This document shows, in pieces, positions 28,900-38,014 of a stretch of DNA of 50,392 nt. The notes below the pieces were generated by a model. It was not told the DNA's origin and did no database searches. It worked only from the letters and a program-made list of their open reading frames with translations. Each line of letters starts with the position of its first letter. The first letter of the stretch is position 1. A program made the position numbers and the translations under genes. The stretch lies in IMG/VR virus record IMGVR_UViG_3300037847_004028, positions 1 through 50,392 of that record; one strand, written 5' to 3'. Source of the DNA: a virus (taxonomy: Duplodnaviria > Caudoviricetes).

Positions 28900-29054
28900 T
28901 CTGTTTCTAGAATGTTTATACAATTTCGTATGCCTGTTACATATCCTTTATTCCATGAAGCATCCATTGATAATTCATTTCTAGCCTCTTGTTCTACAGT
29001 TGTATTTAATAAACCTTTGAGTCTTTTGATTGCTTTATTGCTGTATTTTGGCAT
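28890..29054 (-). CDS. Hypothetical 54-aa protein
   Basis: TAATG coupling; MPKYSNKAIKRLKGLL...WNKGYVTGIRNCINILETETR*. Confidence 0.6.
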   Translation of the reverse strand: MPKYSNKAIKRLKGLLNTTVEQEARNELSMDASWNKGYVTGIRNCINILETETR

Positions 29055-29236
29055 TATAGACCTCTTGTAGTGTTTAACGTTGAGTGTATCTTATAATACT
29101 CTAATTCCTGTCTAAGTAGGTTTACTTCCTTGTTGTACGAATGTATTAGCACGAAAGCAAATAGCAGTGATGTTAGGCTTATAAAAGCTAAGAACTGATA
29201 CAAATAGTACAGGTTTGATTGCATTTTTGTTAGCAT
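29054..29236 (-). CDS. Small membrane protein
   Basis: AAGGAG SD; TM segment FLAFISLTSLLFAFVLI. Confidence 0.65.
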   Translation of the reverse strand: MLTKMQSNLYYLYQFLAFISLTSLLFAFVLIHSYNKEVNLLRQELEYYKIHSTLNTTRGL

Positions 29237-29291
29237 GTGGGTTCTCCTTTTGGTTTGTCTTTTAGTTTGTTTGCAGTCTTTTATGTATGAT

Positions 29292-29314
29292 AAAAAGGGG
29301 AGCCGAAGCTCCCC
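29292..29314 (-). terminator. Rho-independent terminator with UUCG tetraloop
   Basis: GGGGAGC-UUCG-GCUCCCC-UUUUU just after the stop at 29331. Confidence 0.9.
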
Positions 29315-29330
29315 AATGAATCACAAGCAA

Positions 29331-29606
29331 CTAGATCAATATCAACTCACCAGTCTCAGTGTTGAGTTTAGCCACCTCGCCAAATTCTTCAGCCATATCT
29401 TCCCTAGACAACTCATTGAGTTCCTCTGGCATGATAAATGATTTAATCGCATCAGGCGGTAATTGTCTCAAGTCTTGGTTACCAACAGGGGCTAAGCATT
29501 CATACGATTCACCTGATTTACCAACGATGGTATGTTCGATGAATTTTGATGAGCTATACCAATATCTACCTTTATCGCTTTTGTTTAAAAATACATTTAT
29601 TACCAT
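29331..29606 (-). CDS. First gene of the early block, hypothetical acidic protein
   Basis: AGGAGG SD; 91 aa; followed by a strong terminator. Confidence 0.75.
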   Translation of the reverse strand: MVINVFLNKSDKGRYWYSSSKFIEHTIVGKSGESYECLAPVGNQDLRQLPPDAIKSFIMPEELNELSREDMAEEFGEVAKLNTETGELILI

Positions 29607-29718
29607 AATATCCTCCTATGGATTGTTATTTAATGAGTTTCTATCAAATTCAACCGCTCAGAGAAACTCGAAACTGAGCGTAAGGGGGATACCACACAAT
29701 ATAGAGTGAATACTAAAA

Positions 29719-29727
29719 TGCTATAAT
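29719..29727 (+). promoter_or_regulatory. Candidate extended -10 sigma70 promoter for the rightward block
   Basis: TGcTATAAT consensus in the divergent intergenic region. Confidence 0.4.
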
Positions 29728-29902
29728 TTTTAAAAGTGATGCTTAAACGTAGTAATTATTATCCCTCATTTGCGAGAAAGAAAGGTATTTTGAGGTAATT
29801 ATTGGGTCTGCTTAATGTGTAATGTGTGTGCCTGACCCTATTCCCAATTTAATGGTAAAAACAACGTTTGTCAAGACAATTCAAACTTGTTTAAATTTTG
29901 CT

Positions 29903-30118
29903 ATGAAAAAATATGTGTTAACTATTATGTATGATGACGATAAAGACGAAATAGAATCAATACGAGAAACGATAGACGAAAACGTAGATGCATTGCTACC
30001 CGATGATATGTATCTAGTTAACAAATGTATTACCCCATTCTTCGATAACAACCCTAACCAATATGATGAATTAATATCTATTAGCGTAAAAAATGGGTTT
30101 GTTATTGGAGATGCGTAG
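29903..30118 (+). CDS. Hypothetical acidic protein
   Basis: MKKYVLTIMYDDDKDEIESI...IGDA; ATG 29903 preferred over 29822. Confidence 0.65.
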   Translation: MKKYVLTIMYDDDKDEIESIRETIDENVDALLPDDMYLVNKCITPFFDNNPNQYDELISISVKNGFVIGDA

Positions 30119-30827
30119 CTATACAATAAAAAAAATAAACCACAAAGTATATGATGATGTAACCGAGGTTCCAGATGATCTTGTAGTACAACCTAATTGG
30201 AAAGTTGGAGAAATTGGAGATTGGGTCTTGTGCGATGATGGTTCTGTTATCGAAATTCTACGTACTGGTTGGGTAAAGTTTCGTAAAACTCGTTACCGAT
30301 ACGTTGGTACTTGCACAGGAACTTTTATTTGTAAACCCAGTATAAAAATGGATTCTTCTAAACGAAGGAACATTTATTCATTTGGTGGCGATAAGAATAC
30401 ATTGGATTCAATTCGTGACCGAAAAAACCTCACAACACAAGAATTGCTATTTGCTAAACATGTAGCACATGGCATGAACCCCGAAGAAGCCTATCTCAAA
30501 GTATATAAGACCAATAATGTCGCATATGCTAAAGAGCGTTCTGCAATTTTAGTTAAACAAGAAAGAGTTGTAATGGCTGTAAAAGAAGAACTTGATAGTG
30601 TATTTAAAGACCTCGGCATCGATTTAAAATATTTAATTTCCAAAGCTAAAGATGAATTAGAAATAAGCGACAGAGCCTCGGATAGATTAAAAGCACTACA
30701 AATGTTATGGGATGCTGCTGATGTAGTACCAAAAGGAACAAAAGTAACTGCAATGACAGGTGCAGTATTTCAAGGATTTAATCAGGACTTGTTAAACGAT
30801 GCCAAAAGACCACAACTCAAAGAATAG
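30093..30827 (+). CDS. Terminase small subunit-like protein
   Basis: HTH LTTQELLFAKHVAHGMNPEEAYLKVY; ASDRLKALQML; upstream of TerL; true start may be 30111. Confidence 0.65.
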   Translation: MGLLLEMRSYTIKKINHKVYDDVTEVPDDLVVQPNWKVGEIGDWVLCDDGSVIEILRTGWVKFRKTRYRYVGTCTGTFICKPSIKMDSSKRRNIYSFGGDKNTLDSIRDRKNLTTQELLFAKHVAHGMNPEEAYLKVYKTNNVAYAKERSAILVKQERVVMAVKEELDSVFKDLGIDLKYLISKAKDELEISDRASDRLKALQMLWDAADVVPKGTKVTAMTGAVFQGFNQDLLNDAKRPQLKE

Positions 30828-30844
30828 TAAAATGAGGTATAAAG

Positions 30845-31162
30845 GTGGATTTTCTAGCGATTTACAGCGAAGCGGGTATGATAGGTGTCGTAGGGGCTTT
30901 ATTAGTGTATATGGTCTACTCTATGAACAAAAGAGGGTCGGAGCAGGCAGAAGCTTTGCAAGACCTAAAGATAGAAAACAAGGGTCAGAGTGAGACGCTT
31001 GAAAATATGGAAGGTATGATTATAAAACTTATAAATAGGTGGAATCAATCAGATGATAAACTTGATAGAAAATTTGATGATTTAAATAGAAATATAAACG
31101 ACCTTGATAATCAAGTGTCAGAAATAAAAGGTTCACTAAGTCGAGTGAATGGTAAACACTAA
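30845..31162 (+). CDS. Single-TM coiled-coil protein (holin-like)
   Basis: GTG start; AGMIGVVGALLVYMVY then a coiled coil. Confidence 0.6.
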   Translation: MDFLAIYSEAGMIGVVGALLVYMVYSMNKRGSEQAEALQDLKIENKGQSETLENMEGMIIKLINRWNQSDDKLDRKFDDLNRNINDLDNQVSEIKGSLSRVNGKH

Positions 31163-31171
31163 GGAATAAAA

Positions 31172-31327
31172 ATGAAAAAGAAAATACCAAAAGGAAAAGG
31201 AAGGATTGTAAGTTGGATGTTTGGTGGTAAGAAATATTATGGAAGATTCTTACGAGAAACAGCAACTCATATCTTTGCAAGAACTCATAATAATAAAATT
31301 AAAAAAATAAAAAAGAAAGGTAAATGA
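31172..31327 (+). CDS. Basic 51-aa microprotein
   Basis: AAGGA SD; MKKKIPKGKGRIVSWMFGGKKYYG...KKKGK*. Confidence 0.6.
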   Translation: MKKKIPKGKGRIVSWMFGGKKYYGRFLRETATHIFARTHNNKIKKIKKKGK

Positions 31328-31509
31328 TGGCTAAAGGTGTAAAACATTATTTTAAAACTGGTAAAGTCCATAATGGTGGGCATCATAAAATGCCAAATGG
31401 TCAACTTCATAGTGGTAAAACACATGGTAAAACTTCTCAAAGATTATATCATTATGGTGAACTTTCTAAAGCTGCCAAAGCAGTTGCAAAAAAAAGTTGG
31501 GGTAAATAA
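31324..31509 (+). CDS. Basic His/Lys-rich 61-aa protein
   Basis: HYFKTGKVHNGGHHKMPNGQLHSGKTH. Confidence 0.7.
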   Translation: MMAKGVKHYFKTGKVHNGGHHKMPNGQLHSGKTHGKTSQRLYHYGELSKAAKAVAKKSWGK

Positions 31510-31784
31510 TGGCTAAATCACCAGCATGGCAAAGAAAAGAAGGTAAATCTAAAAGTGGCGGACTTAACGCTAAAGGTCGTGCAAGTTATAATAGAGCCAC
31601 AGGTGGAAATTTAAAAGCTCCTGTTACTAAAAAAAATCCAACAGGTAAAGCTAAATCAAGACGTAAAAGTTTTTGTGCAAGAATGTGCGGAATGAAAAAA
31701 AGATTGACAGGAAAGAAAACTGCCAATGATCCAAATAGTAGAATAAACAAAGCACTTCGCAAATGGCGTTGTAAGTGTAAATAG
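31509..31784 (+). CDS. Basic phage protein (DUF6321-like)
   Basis: AWQRKEGKSKSGGLNAKGRASYN...RRKSFCARM...LRKWRC. Confidence 0.75.
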   Translation: MAKSPAWQRKEGKSKSGGLNAKGRASYNRATGGNLKAPVTKKNPTGKAKSRRKSFCARMCGMKKRLTGKKTANDPNSRINKALRKWRCKCK

Positions 31785-31796
31785 GAGATAAATCAA

Positions 31797-31895
31797 ATGT
31801 ATGGTGGAAAAAAATCATATGGTAAAACTAGTAAAAAAAAGAGTATGAGTAAAAAAGCGAAGCCAATGCCTAAACGTAAAAGGAAAAGCAAATAA
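31797..31895 (+). CDS. Extremely basic 32-aa peptide
   Basis: AGGAG SD; MYGGKKSYGKTSKKKSMSKKAKPMPKRKRKSK*. Confidence 0.6.
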   Translation: MYGGKKSYGKTSKKKSMSKKAKPMPKRKRKSK

Positions 31896-32017
31896 TGAAC
31901 GAACCGAAACGCTCTGTCGAAGACGACATAATAGATGGTTTTAATTACGAAGATGCATATTGGCAGAGCGTATTCGATGTTAACGATACGGATGATGTAG
32001 ATGGAACCGAAGCGTAA
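31895..32017 (+). CDS. Acidic 40-aa peptide
   Basis: TAATG coupling; MNEPKRSVEDDIIDGFNYEDAYWQSVFDVNDTDDVDGTEA*. Confidence 0.55.
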   Translation: MNEPKRSVEDDIIDGFNYEDAYWQSVFDVNDTDDVDGTEA

Positions 32018-33116
32018 GACATTAGGACAGAAGGTAGTTGATTTTTTACCAAGTCAACATAAAGACCCAAAGCGTAAAGCGGAACAAGAAAGAGGGTTGC
32101 AAGAACTTGTTGATTTTTTTGTACCGCAAACAAAAACAGATATTGCTTTGTCTGTATTGCCAATTGGCTTTATTGGTAAACATGGTAAAAAAGGATTAAA
32201 AGATGCAGTTGAGGCATTTGACAAATATAAAAGAAGTGGGGGAATGGATCATGCCAAATTCAAAGCAGACAAACTAAGTGGTCAGCTTACTGCAGATATG
32301 CGTAGCGAATTTTACGAAATGAAAGAATATCTTACAGATTGGATAAGAACATACAGGGGTACAAGAATGAATCCGTATGAACGTATGCCAAATGTGTTAA
32401 AGCCTACAGGAAATAAAAAAAGATTAGATGTGGATAATTTTCAAGCAGTTAATGAAGACCTTTTAAAACCAGTTCAATTGTATTTTGATGATTTAAAAAT
32501 TAATGATAAAAGCATTACTCTAGGTCAATATAGACATGAATTTGAAAATAATATTTCTAGTAAAGTTTTTGCTAATAGAAAAGTTTTTTATGATTCTCAT
32601 TTAACTGAATCTATTTCAGAAGCTATAAAGAGAAGTCCAACAGATTTAAGAAGAGCTAATTATTTGCATGAGTTAGTACATGCTTTAACATTTGGTGAAA
32701 GACTACTTCATAAAGATATGAGAACTATAATAGAAAAAGCAAAGTTTGAAAGTATTGAAGAATTAGGTGCAATGGTTATGCCAGGGGCTCCTTTTAAAAG
32801 AATGTTGTCAGGTAGGATTGCACCAATAAGTAAAAAAACTCATGAATATTTAGCAAGTCCCTCAGAAATATTTGCACGAATATTTGAACTCAGATATGAT
32901 TTAGGTGAAACTGCAACAAACCTAACAAGACAAAAAGTGCGTTTAAAAACAGATTTATTTCAAGAAAATAAACCATACACAGAATTACGAGCAGTTTTAT
33001 CTCATAAACAAATAGAAAATTTATATAACAATTTACCTGCAATGCTTCCGTTAGGAATGTTTGGTAAAGGTCAGTTTGAGAATGCTAATAAAAAAATAAA
33101 TGACAAAGATAAATAA
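32001..33116 (+). CDS. Zincin-type metallopeptidase domain protein
   Basis: YLHELVHAL (HExxH) and downstream YLASPSEIFAR (third-ligand Glu). Confidence 0.7.
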   Translation: MEPKRKTLGQKVVDFLPSQHKDPKRKAEQERGLQELVDFFVPQTKTDIALSVLPIGFIGKHGKKGLKDAVEAFDKYKRSGGMDHAKFKADKLSGQLTADMRSEFYEMKEYLTDWIRTYRGTRMNPYERMPNVLKPTGNKKRLDVDNFQAVNEDLLKPVQLYFDDLKINDKSITLGQYRHEFENNISSKVFANRKVFYDSHLTESISEAIKRSPTDLRRANYLHELVHALTFGERLLHKDMRTIIEKAKFESIEELGAMVMPGAPFKRMLSGRIAPISKKTHEYLASPSEIFARIFELRYDLGETATNLTRQKVRLKTDLFQENKPYTELRAVLSHKQIENLYNNLPAMLPLGMFGKGQFENANKKINDKDK

Positions 33117-34647
33117 TATATCCGTACAAGAAGAAGCATTAGAACTTGCTAAAAAAGATTTAATATCATTTGGTAAATTATTTTTACCCGATGATTTTTT
33201 GCGAAGCGAAACTCCTCCGTTTCACTACGAAGTAGCAGATACTATTAATAATCCTAATGATAAACAGGTGGCAATTATATTACCTCGTGGTCATGGAAAA
33301 ACCGTACTTACAAAAGCCTCTATACTCCATGACTTTCTTTTTTGCTCAGAGCCACAGTTTTATGGATGGGTATCTGCTACTCAAAAACTTGCAACAGGCA
33401 ATATGGATTATGTTAAATATCATTTAGAGTTTAACGAAAAGATTCATTATTACTTCGGTCAACAAAAAGGCAAGAAGTGGACTGAAGAAGATATTGAATT
33501 ACAGAATGGATGTAAACTTGTCTGTAAATCGAACATCTCAGGCATTCGTGGTGGTGCAAAGTTGCACAAACGATATGACCTAATAATATTGGATGATTTT
33601 GAAGATGAGAATAATACACTTACTCCAGAAAGTAGAGCAAAGAACGGAAACCTTATCACTGCGGTTGTTTATCCTGCTTTGGAGCCTCACACTGGTCGTT
33701 TGCGTATCAATGGTACTCCTGTGCATTTTGATAGCTTTATTAATAATCTTTTAGTGAATAATGAAAAAGCTAAAAAAGAAAAAAGAAAATTTGCATGGAA
33801 TGTTATTACATATACTGCATTAGATAAAAAAGGTAATAGTTTGTGGAATAGTTGGTTTCCTGTTAGCAAACTAGAAGAAAAAAAGAAGTTTTATCAAGAT
33901 TCGGGTATGCCTCATAAGTTCTATCAAGAATACATGATGCAAGTACAGAGTGCTGAAGATTCTATATTTAATCGTAAACATTTACGATATCATGATGTAA
34001 AATTTTCTATAGACGATGAAACAGGCATACCTTATGCATATTATAATGGTAAAGAGTTGCCTTTAAATATATATGCTGGTGTTGACCCTGCAACAGATAG
34101 TATGCGTTCAAATAGCGACTATAGCGTTTTAATTGTTATAGGCGTAGATGAGCATAACAATATATATGTTTTAGATTATATACGAAAACGTGGACTTCCT
34201 GTGATCGGTATACAAGGAGAAGATAAACTTGGTATTGTAGATTATATGTTTCAACTCCAAGCTCAATATAGTCCTAATTTATTTGTTGTTGAAGATACAA
34301 CAATGTCAAAACCAATATTTCAAGCATTGCGTAGTGAAATGAGAAGGCGAAACGATTTTAGTGTAAAGTTTCGTGAAGAAAAGCCAGGAACAAGAATGAG
34401 TAAGCTAGATAGAATACAAACTATACTTGCACAACGATTTGCAATTGGTTCTGTACATATTAGAAAAACCCATTTTGATTTAGAGCATGAAGTGTTAACT
34501 TTTGGACCAAGAATGGCTCATGATGACACGATTGACGCATTAGCCTACGCATGTAAATATGCATCCCCACCTAAAAACCTAACTGTCTCTAAGCAAGGAA
34601 TATATTCAAAATATAAACCCAAACCTAAATCTTGGGTTGTTGCATAG
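33100..34647 (+). CDS. terL: Terminase large subunit
   Basis: PRGHGKT Walker A, IILDDFE Walker B, GTP coupling motif, GVDPA...DYS, HDDTIDALAY. Confidence 0.95.
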   Translation: MTKINNISVQEEALELAKKDLISFGKLFLPDDFLRSETPPFHYEVADTINNPNDKQVAIILPRGHGKTVLTKASILHDFLFCSEPQFYGWVSATQKLATGNMDYVKYHLEFNEKIHYYFGQQKGKKWTEEDIELQNGCKLVCKSNISGIRGGAKLHKRYDLIILDDFEDENNTLTPESRAKNGNLITAVVYPALEPHTGRLRINGTPVHFDSFINNLLVNNEKAKKEKRKFAWNVITYTALDKKGNSLWNSWFPVSKLEEKKKFYQDSGMPHKFYQEYMMQVQSAEDSIFNRKHLRYHDVKFSIDDETGIPYAYYNGKELPLNIYAGVDPATDSMRSNSDYSVLIVIGVDEHNNIYVLDYIRKRGLPVIGIQGEDKLGIVDYMFQLQAQYSPNLFVVEDTTMSKPIFQALRSEMRRRNDFSVKFREEKPGTRMSKLDRIQTILAQRFAIGSVHIRKTHFDLEHEVLTFGPRMAHDDTIDALAYACKYASPPKNLTVSKQGIYSKYKPKPKSWVVA

Positions 34648-34655
34648 GAGAACAC

Positions 34656-34883
34656 ATGAGTTTAAAACTAATCGCCTTAAAGTTAGCTGAACAACAAGCT
34701 GACGAGTTAGGGAAAAAAGCAGTTGAGTGGGTTCAGTCTGATGAATTTCAGGAAGACCTCGCTAGTAAAATAAATAAAAAAATTGACATACCTTTTGTAT
34801 CTGAAGAAAAAGAACAAATATTTTTTGAGAAGTGTGTTGATTTAGTAGCTGATATAATCGAAGGTTTATTTAAGGATAAATAA
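34656..34883 (+). CDS. Hypothetical protein
   Basis: AGGAG SD; INKKIDIPFVSEEKEQ. Confidence 0.7.
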   Translation: MSLKLIALKLAEQQADELGKKAVEWVQSDEFQEDLASKINKKIDIPFVSEEKEQIFFEKCVDLVADIIEGLFKDK

Positions 34884-34885
34884 CT

Positions 34886-37135
34886 TTGACTCAAAAAGAC
34901 AAAGCAAATCGAATTAAATCGTTATTTGATTCCTTAAATGATGACCATAGAGTTGATTGGGAAACAGTCAATCAAGAAGGCTACGATTTTTATTTAGATA
35001 ATCAATTATCTAAAAAAGAAGTTGAAGCTCTTGAAGAGCAAGGAATGCCTACGTTTACAGTAAACAGGATAATACCCGTAGTTGAAATGTTAAATTTTTA
35101 TGCGACTGCGAATAATCCTCGATGGCAGGCAGTTGCTCAAGAGGGTAGCGATAGTGATGTGGCTGCTGTGTTTAGCGATGTTGCAGATTATATTTGGTCG
35201 CAAAGCGATGGTGCTACCCTCTATAGCAATGTTATTAACGATGCAGTTACCAAAAGCGTTGGTTATTTAATGGTAGATGTAGATGCAAATGCAGATAGAG
35301 GTATGGGTGAAGTAGTACTTAAAAATCCAAACTCATTTGATTTATGGATAGACCCTAAGTCTCGTGATCCATTGTATCGTGATGCTAGTTTTATGATATG
35401 TAGAAAAGTTCTTCCTAAAGAACAATTAATTAATATGTATCCTGAGTATACTGCTAAGATAAAAAAAGCTACAGGAACATTTAGCGAATATAATTATTCA
35501 CCTAATGAAATAGTAAGTGCAGACTTTCAAACAAATGATATAAATACTGCATACAACAATAGCGGTGGAGATTCTCCACTTATTGATTATATAGAGTGTT
35601 TTGAAAAAGAATCAAGAGCGTTCTATAATGTATTTATATCTATACCTCCGTCACCAGAAGAATTACAAAATGCTCAAAAACAAATAGAAGTGCAATTAGA
35701 AGAAGCATCTAAAGAAATGCAAATACAGTTGCAAGAAGTTCAAAATCAATTACAACAAGCAGTTGATGGTGGACAAATGTTGCCTGATAGGATGGCAATA
35801 GAGCTTGAAAAGAAAATGAAACAAAACGAATCACAATTAGCACAAATGTCAACAAAGCTTATGAGTGAAGCACAATTAGCATTGACAAAAACAGATAATA
35901 AAGTGCTTAGTGAAAAAGCATATAACGTTTTGTTACAAGATGAACAAACTGCACAATTTATTACAAACGCAGTAAAATTTTATAAGAAGGTTATTAAATT
36001 AACCTGCACTGTTGGCGACCAGTTCATCAAGGAACGCGACCTTCCTAGTGAACACTACCCGATTATCCCATTCACATATAAATGGACTGGTACGCCATTC
36101 CCTATGAGTGCAGTATCGCCACTTGTAGGTAAACAAAAAGAAATCAACAAAGCACATCAATTAATGGTTCACAATGCATCATTAGGTTCAAGCTTACGAT
36201 GGATGTATGAAGAAGGTGCCATTGATACAAGTTATTGGGAACAATATAGTGCTTCTCCTGGGGCATTACTTCCAGTAAATAGTGGTTATCAAGCACCGCA
36301 ACCTGTTATGCCAATGCAACTTTCTAATGCCTTTGCAAATATTGTAGAAAGTGGTAAAAGAGAAATGGAATATTTAGCTGGAATTTTTAGCCAAGCTATG
36401 GGTAATCCAACAGGACAATCAGAAACGTATAGAGGAATGTTAGCTTTAGATGAATATGGTACTAGAAGAGTAAAGCAATGGATGAAATCAGCTATAGAAC
36501 CAGCATTAGTGCAAGTAGGTAAAGTTGTAAAAGATTATAGTCAGGCAGTTTATAAGGCACATAAAGTATTCCGATTGGTGCAACCAAATAATATGTCTGA
36601 AGAAAAACAAGTGCAGTTAAATATTCCAATGTATAACGATATGGGTGAAGCTATTGGCAAATTTATGGATTATAGTGCTGGAAAATTTGATGTACGAATT
36701 ATTGGTGGTTCTACATTGCCACTTAACAGGTGGGCATATCTATCTGAATTAAAAGAATTATTAAAGCTAGGTGTAGTAGATGATATTGCAGTTTTAGCTG
36801 AGACAGATGTAAAGCAAAAAGATAAAATTGCTGAACGAAAGTCATTATATGCACAAATGCAAAAGAAGATTTCTTCGCTTGAGAAACAAGTAAAAGACCA
36901 AGCGGGAATAAGGCAGACCCTTGAAAGGCAACTGATACAATCAGGAGTCAAAGCAAAGGTGATGCAAGTTGAGAATGAAGTGCGTAAGAATGCTGGTGAT
37001 ACAATGGTTAAGATGAAAGATACGCAAAGACGTATGCAGTCTGACCGAGATATGACTAGAGAAAAATTACGCTTAATCGAACAACAAACAAGGAAAGCAA
37101 ATGGAAATGGAAACAATGGTAAACCCAGAGACTGA
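34886..37135 (+). CDS. Portal protein, P22-like
   Basis: TTG start; DFYLDNQ, PTFTVNRIIPVV, IDPKSRD, YPIIPF, QKEINK; long C-terminal coiled coil; follows TerL. Confidence 0.9.
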   Translation: MTQKDKANRIKSLFDSLNDDHRVDWETVNQEGYDFYLDNQLSKKEVEALEEQGMPTFTVNRIIPVVEMLNFYATANNPRWQAVAQEGSDSDVAAVFSDVADYIWSQSDGATLYSNVINDAVTKSVGYLMVDVDANADRGMGEVVLKNPNSFDLWIDPKSRDPLYRDASFMICRKVLPKEQLINMYPEYTAKIKKATGTFSEYNYSPNEIVSADFQTNDINTAYNNSGGDSPLIDYIECFEKESRAFYNVFISIPPSPEELQNAQKQIEVQLEEASKEMQIQLQEVQNQLQQAVDGGQMLPDRMAIELEKKMKQNESQLAQMSTKLMSEAQLALTKTDNKVLSEKAYNVLLQDEQTAQFITNAVKFYKKVIKLTCTVGDQFIKERDLPSEHYPIIPFTYKWTGTPFPMSAVSPLVGKQKEINKAHQLMVHNASLGSSLRWMYEEGAIDTSYWEQYSASPGALLPVNSGYQAPQPVMPMQLSNAFANIVESGKREMEYLAGIFSQAMGNPTGQSETYRGMLALDEYGTRRVKQWMKSAIEPALVQVGKVVKDYSQAVYKAHKVFRLVQPNNMSEEKQVQLNIPMYNDMGEAIGKFMDYSAGKFDVRIIGGSTLPLNRWAYLSELKELLKLGVVDDIAVLAETDVKQKDKIAERKSLYAQMQKKISSLEKQVKDQAGIRQTLERQLIQSGVKAKVMQVENEVRKNAGDTMVKMKDTQRRMQSDRDMTREKLRLIEQQTRKANGNGNNGKPRD

Positions 37136-37991
37136 TGACAATACTGTTCCTCAAGAAGCAGTAGAAGATTCAATTTTTGGCTCCGAAGAAAACCAGTTCT
37201 TTGCCGATCTAGACCAAGAGGTCAATGGACTTATCCAAGATGATGATATTGTTGAGGATGTGTCCGAACTACCACAAGTGGAAGAATCGGTAACTCAGGC
37301 TCCTGTAGAAGGTAACCCTGACTCTGAACAACAATATGTGGATTATGAGAAAAGGTACAAAGACTCTTCAAGAGAAGCTCAAAAAATGAAAGCAAAGCTT
37401 GATGAGATTGAACCTTTTATGCCTATCCTTAATCGTATGAATGAGGATGAAGGCTTGGTAGAAACAGTTAAAGACTACTTAGTAAACGGAAAGACAACAG
37501 CGAACTCTCTAAATCTTCCTGAAGACTTTGATTTCGACATGGAAGATGCGATGAAAAATCCAACGAGTGATTCAGCTAAGTATTTTAACTCAGTTATGGA
37601 CAATGCAGTAAGTCAAAAAGTAAATAGCATATTAGGTGCAGAAAGAGAAGCCACACAAAGGCGACAAGCACAAGAAGAACAAAGCAAAAATGCTACAGAG
37701 TTCAAATCAAGAATGAATATATCAGATGAACAATTTGATGAAATGATGGATTGGGCAAATAAACACAATATGACTTATGATGATATTTATTACATGAAAA
37801 ATCGTGATAAAATATCTGCAAACGTTAGTAACGCAACGAGAAAAGATATGTTGAATCAAATGCAGTCTGTAAGGGAAATACCTACATCACAAAGTAATGT
37901 AAACTCTGTAGATGTAAAAACTGACCCAAACAAATCTGTGTTGGATGCTATCAAAAATTTAGATGGTGGAACTGATAACCTTTTCGGCTAA
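37101..37991 (+). CDS. Capsid scaffolding protein
   Basis: Acidic N-terminus, DYEKRYKDSSREAQKM coiled coil; between portal and capsid. Confidence 0.75.
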   Translation: MEMETMVNPETDDNTVPQEAVEDSIFGSEENQFFADLDQEVNGLIQDDDIVEDVSELPQVEESVTQAPVEGNPDSEQQYVDYEKRYKDSSREAQKMKAKLDEIEPFMPILNRMNEDEGLVETVKDYLVNGKTTANSLNLPEDFDFDMEDAMKNPTSDSAKYFNSVMDNAVSQKVNSILGAEREATQRRQAQEEQSKNATEFKSRMNISDEQFDEMMDWANKHNMTYDDIYYMKNRDKISANVSNATRKDMLNQMQSVREIPTSQSNVNSVDVKTDPNKSVLDAIKNLDGGTDNLFG

Positions 37992-38014
37992 GATAAATAG
38001 AAAAGGAGTTTAAC

